DNA of 64,000 bases from Azolla caroliniana (lineage: Eukaryota > Plantae > Polypodiophyta). The notes beneath the pieces were generated by a model that made no database searches, was not told the origin of the DNA, and worked only from the letters and a program-made list of their open reading frames with translations. The stretch is from assembly GCA_043228905.1 (NCBI GenBank), contig JBHGNT010000147.1, forward strand, positions 1,308 to 65,307. Reading direction: 5' to 3'. Of this stretch, positions 63,430 through 64,000 are shown in pieces; position 1 is the stretch's first letter, and each line of letters starts with the position of its first letter. The position numbers and the translations under genes were made by a program.

Positions 63430-64000
63430 TGATAACAAAAGATATATATTATGTTAAGAGAATATACAATAGTAGTTAGGAGGCTTAAGACTGGCATTGA
63501 ACCGATTTGGTTTGAAATAATGCTTCCTTTTATAGTGTTCTCAGGAGTACTCCTGAAGTTTCTAGAATGTTGTAGAGAAATGTGGAATATACATCAATTT
63601 TCTGTAGTAAAATTTAAATGAAAATAATATCTTTCGTATGACATTATCCCCCATTTTAAACGATGAGTGCCACGAGACATTTTATATTGAGGACCCGGTT
63701 TGTCTAGATAGTGACGATGGAAGTCTTCAAGAAGAGCACGAGCATTGGTCACATTCTCTATTGGTTCCCAAGTACGCTCGCTTGTTGCGAACAAGACCTG
63801 GGATGGTGCTGTCTTGATAGGGTTCGAGGAGAGAACTATGAAACACCAGATGTATCCAAAGTTGTGGAGGTAGATCAAGATGAAAAGCGAGATCATTAAT
63901 TTTTCCGATAATACGGAAAGGACCTAATCGCCGATAATCCAACTTCTCGCATGGGCGAGTAGTCTTGATGTGTCGTCGAAGTAGCCATACCTGATCTCCA
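63272..64000 (-). mobile_element. 3' end of a second chromovirus K (related to B): integrase end, partial chromodomain, PPT, 3' LTR 63272-63643
   Basis: DYRRLGPFRI...VFHSSLLEPY and RTWEPIENV, PPT TGGGGGATAA, LTR TGTCA...TGACA; runs off the window. Confidence 0.88.

Overview
Gene-free, transposon-saturated eukaryotic DNA. The element types (Tcn1/Tf1-like chromoviruses, a Sola-type transposon, a non-L1 LINE) suggest a non-seed land plant, probably a moss; this is inference. The window is a stack of nested insertions: at least six Ty1/Copia copies, two chromodomain Ty3/Gypsy elements, a non-chromovirus Gypsy with an extra 3' ORF, solo LTRs, two LINE fragments and hAT-type MITE ends. The standout is a 15.4-kb DNA transposon (47604-62982; about 9.7 kb without a later Copia insertion) with perfect 31-bp TIRs and a 4-bp TSD. 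It encodes a Sola-type DDD transposase with a BAH-like tail. On the opposite strand it carries a five-exon spliceosomal gene for a ParB-like domain fused to a prokaryote-type beta-class amino (N6-adenine/N4-cytosine) DNA methyltransferase. It also holds a second small spliced gene whose intron contains a 51-bp-period array of 25-bp palindromes. Also notable is a very young chromovirus (1835-7602) with a Tf1-style 11-nt self-priming signal, heat-shock-element arrays in its LTR and a -1 frameshift cassette. All long coding regions carry nonsense or frameshift lesions. Family assignments come from motif recognition by eye, not database searches.
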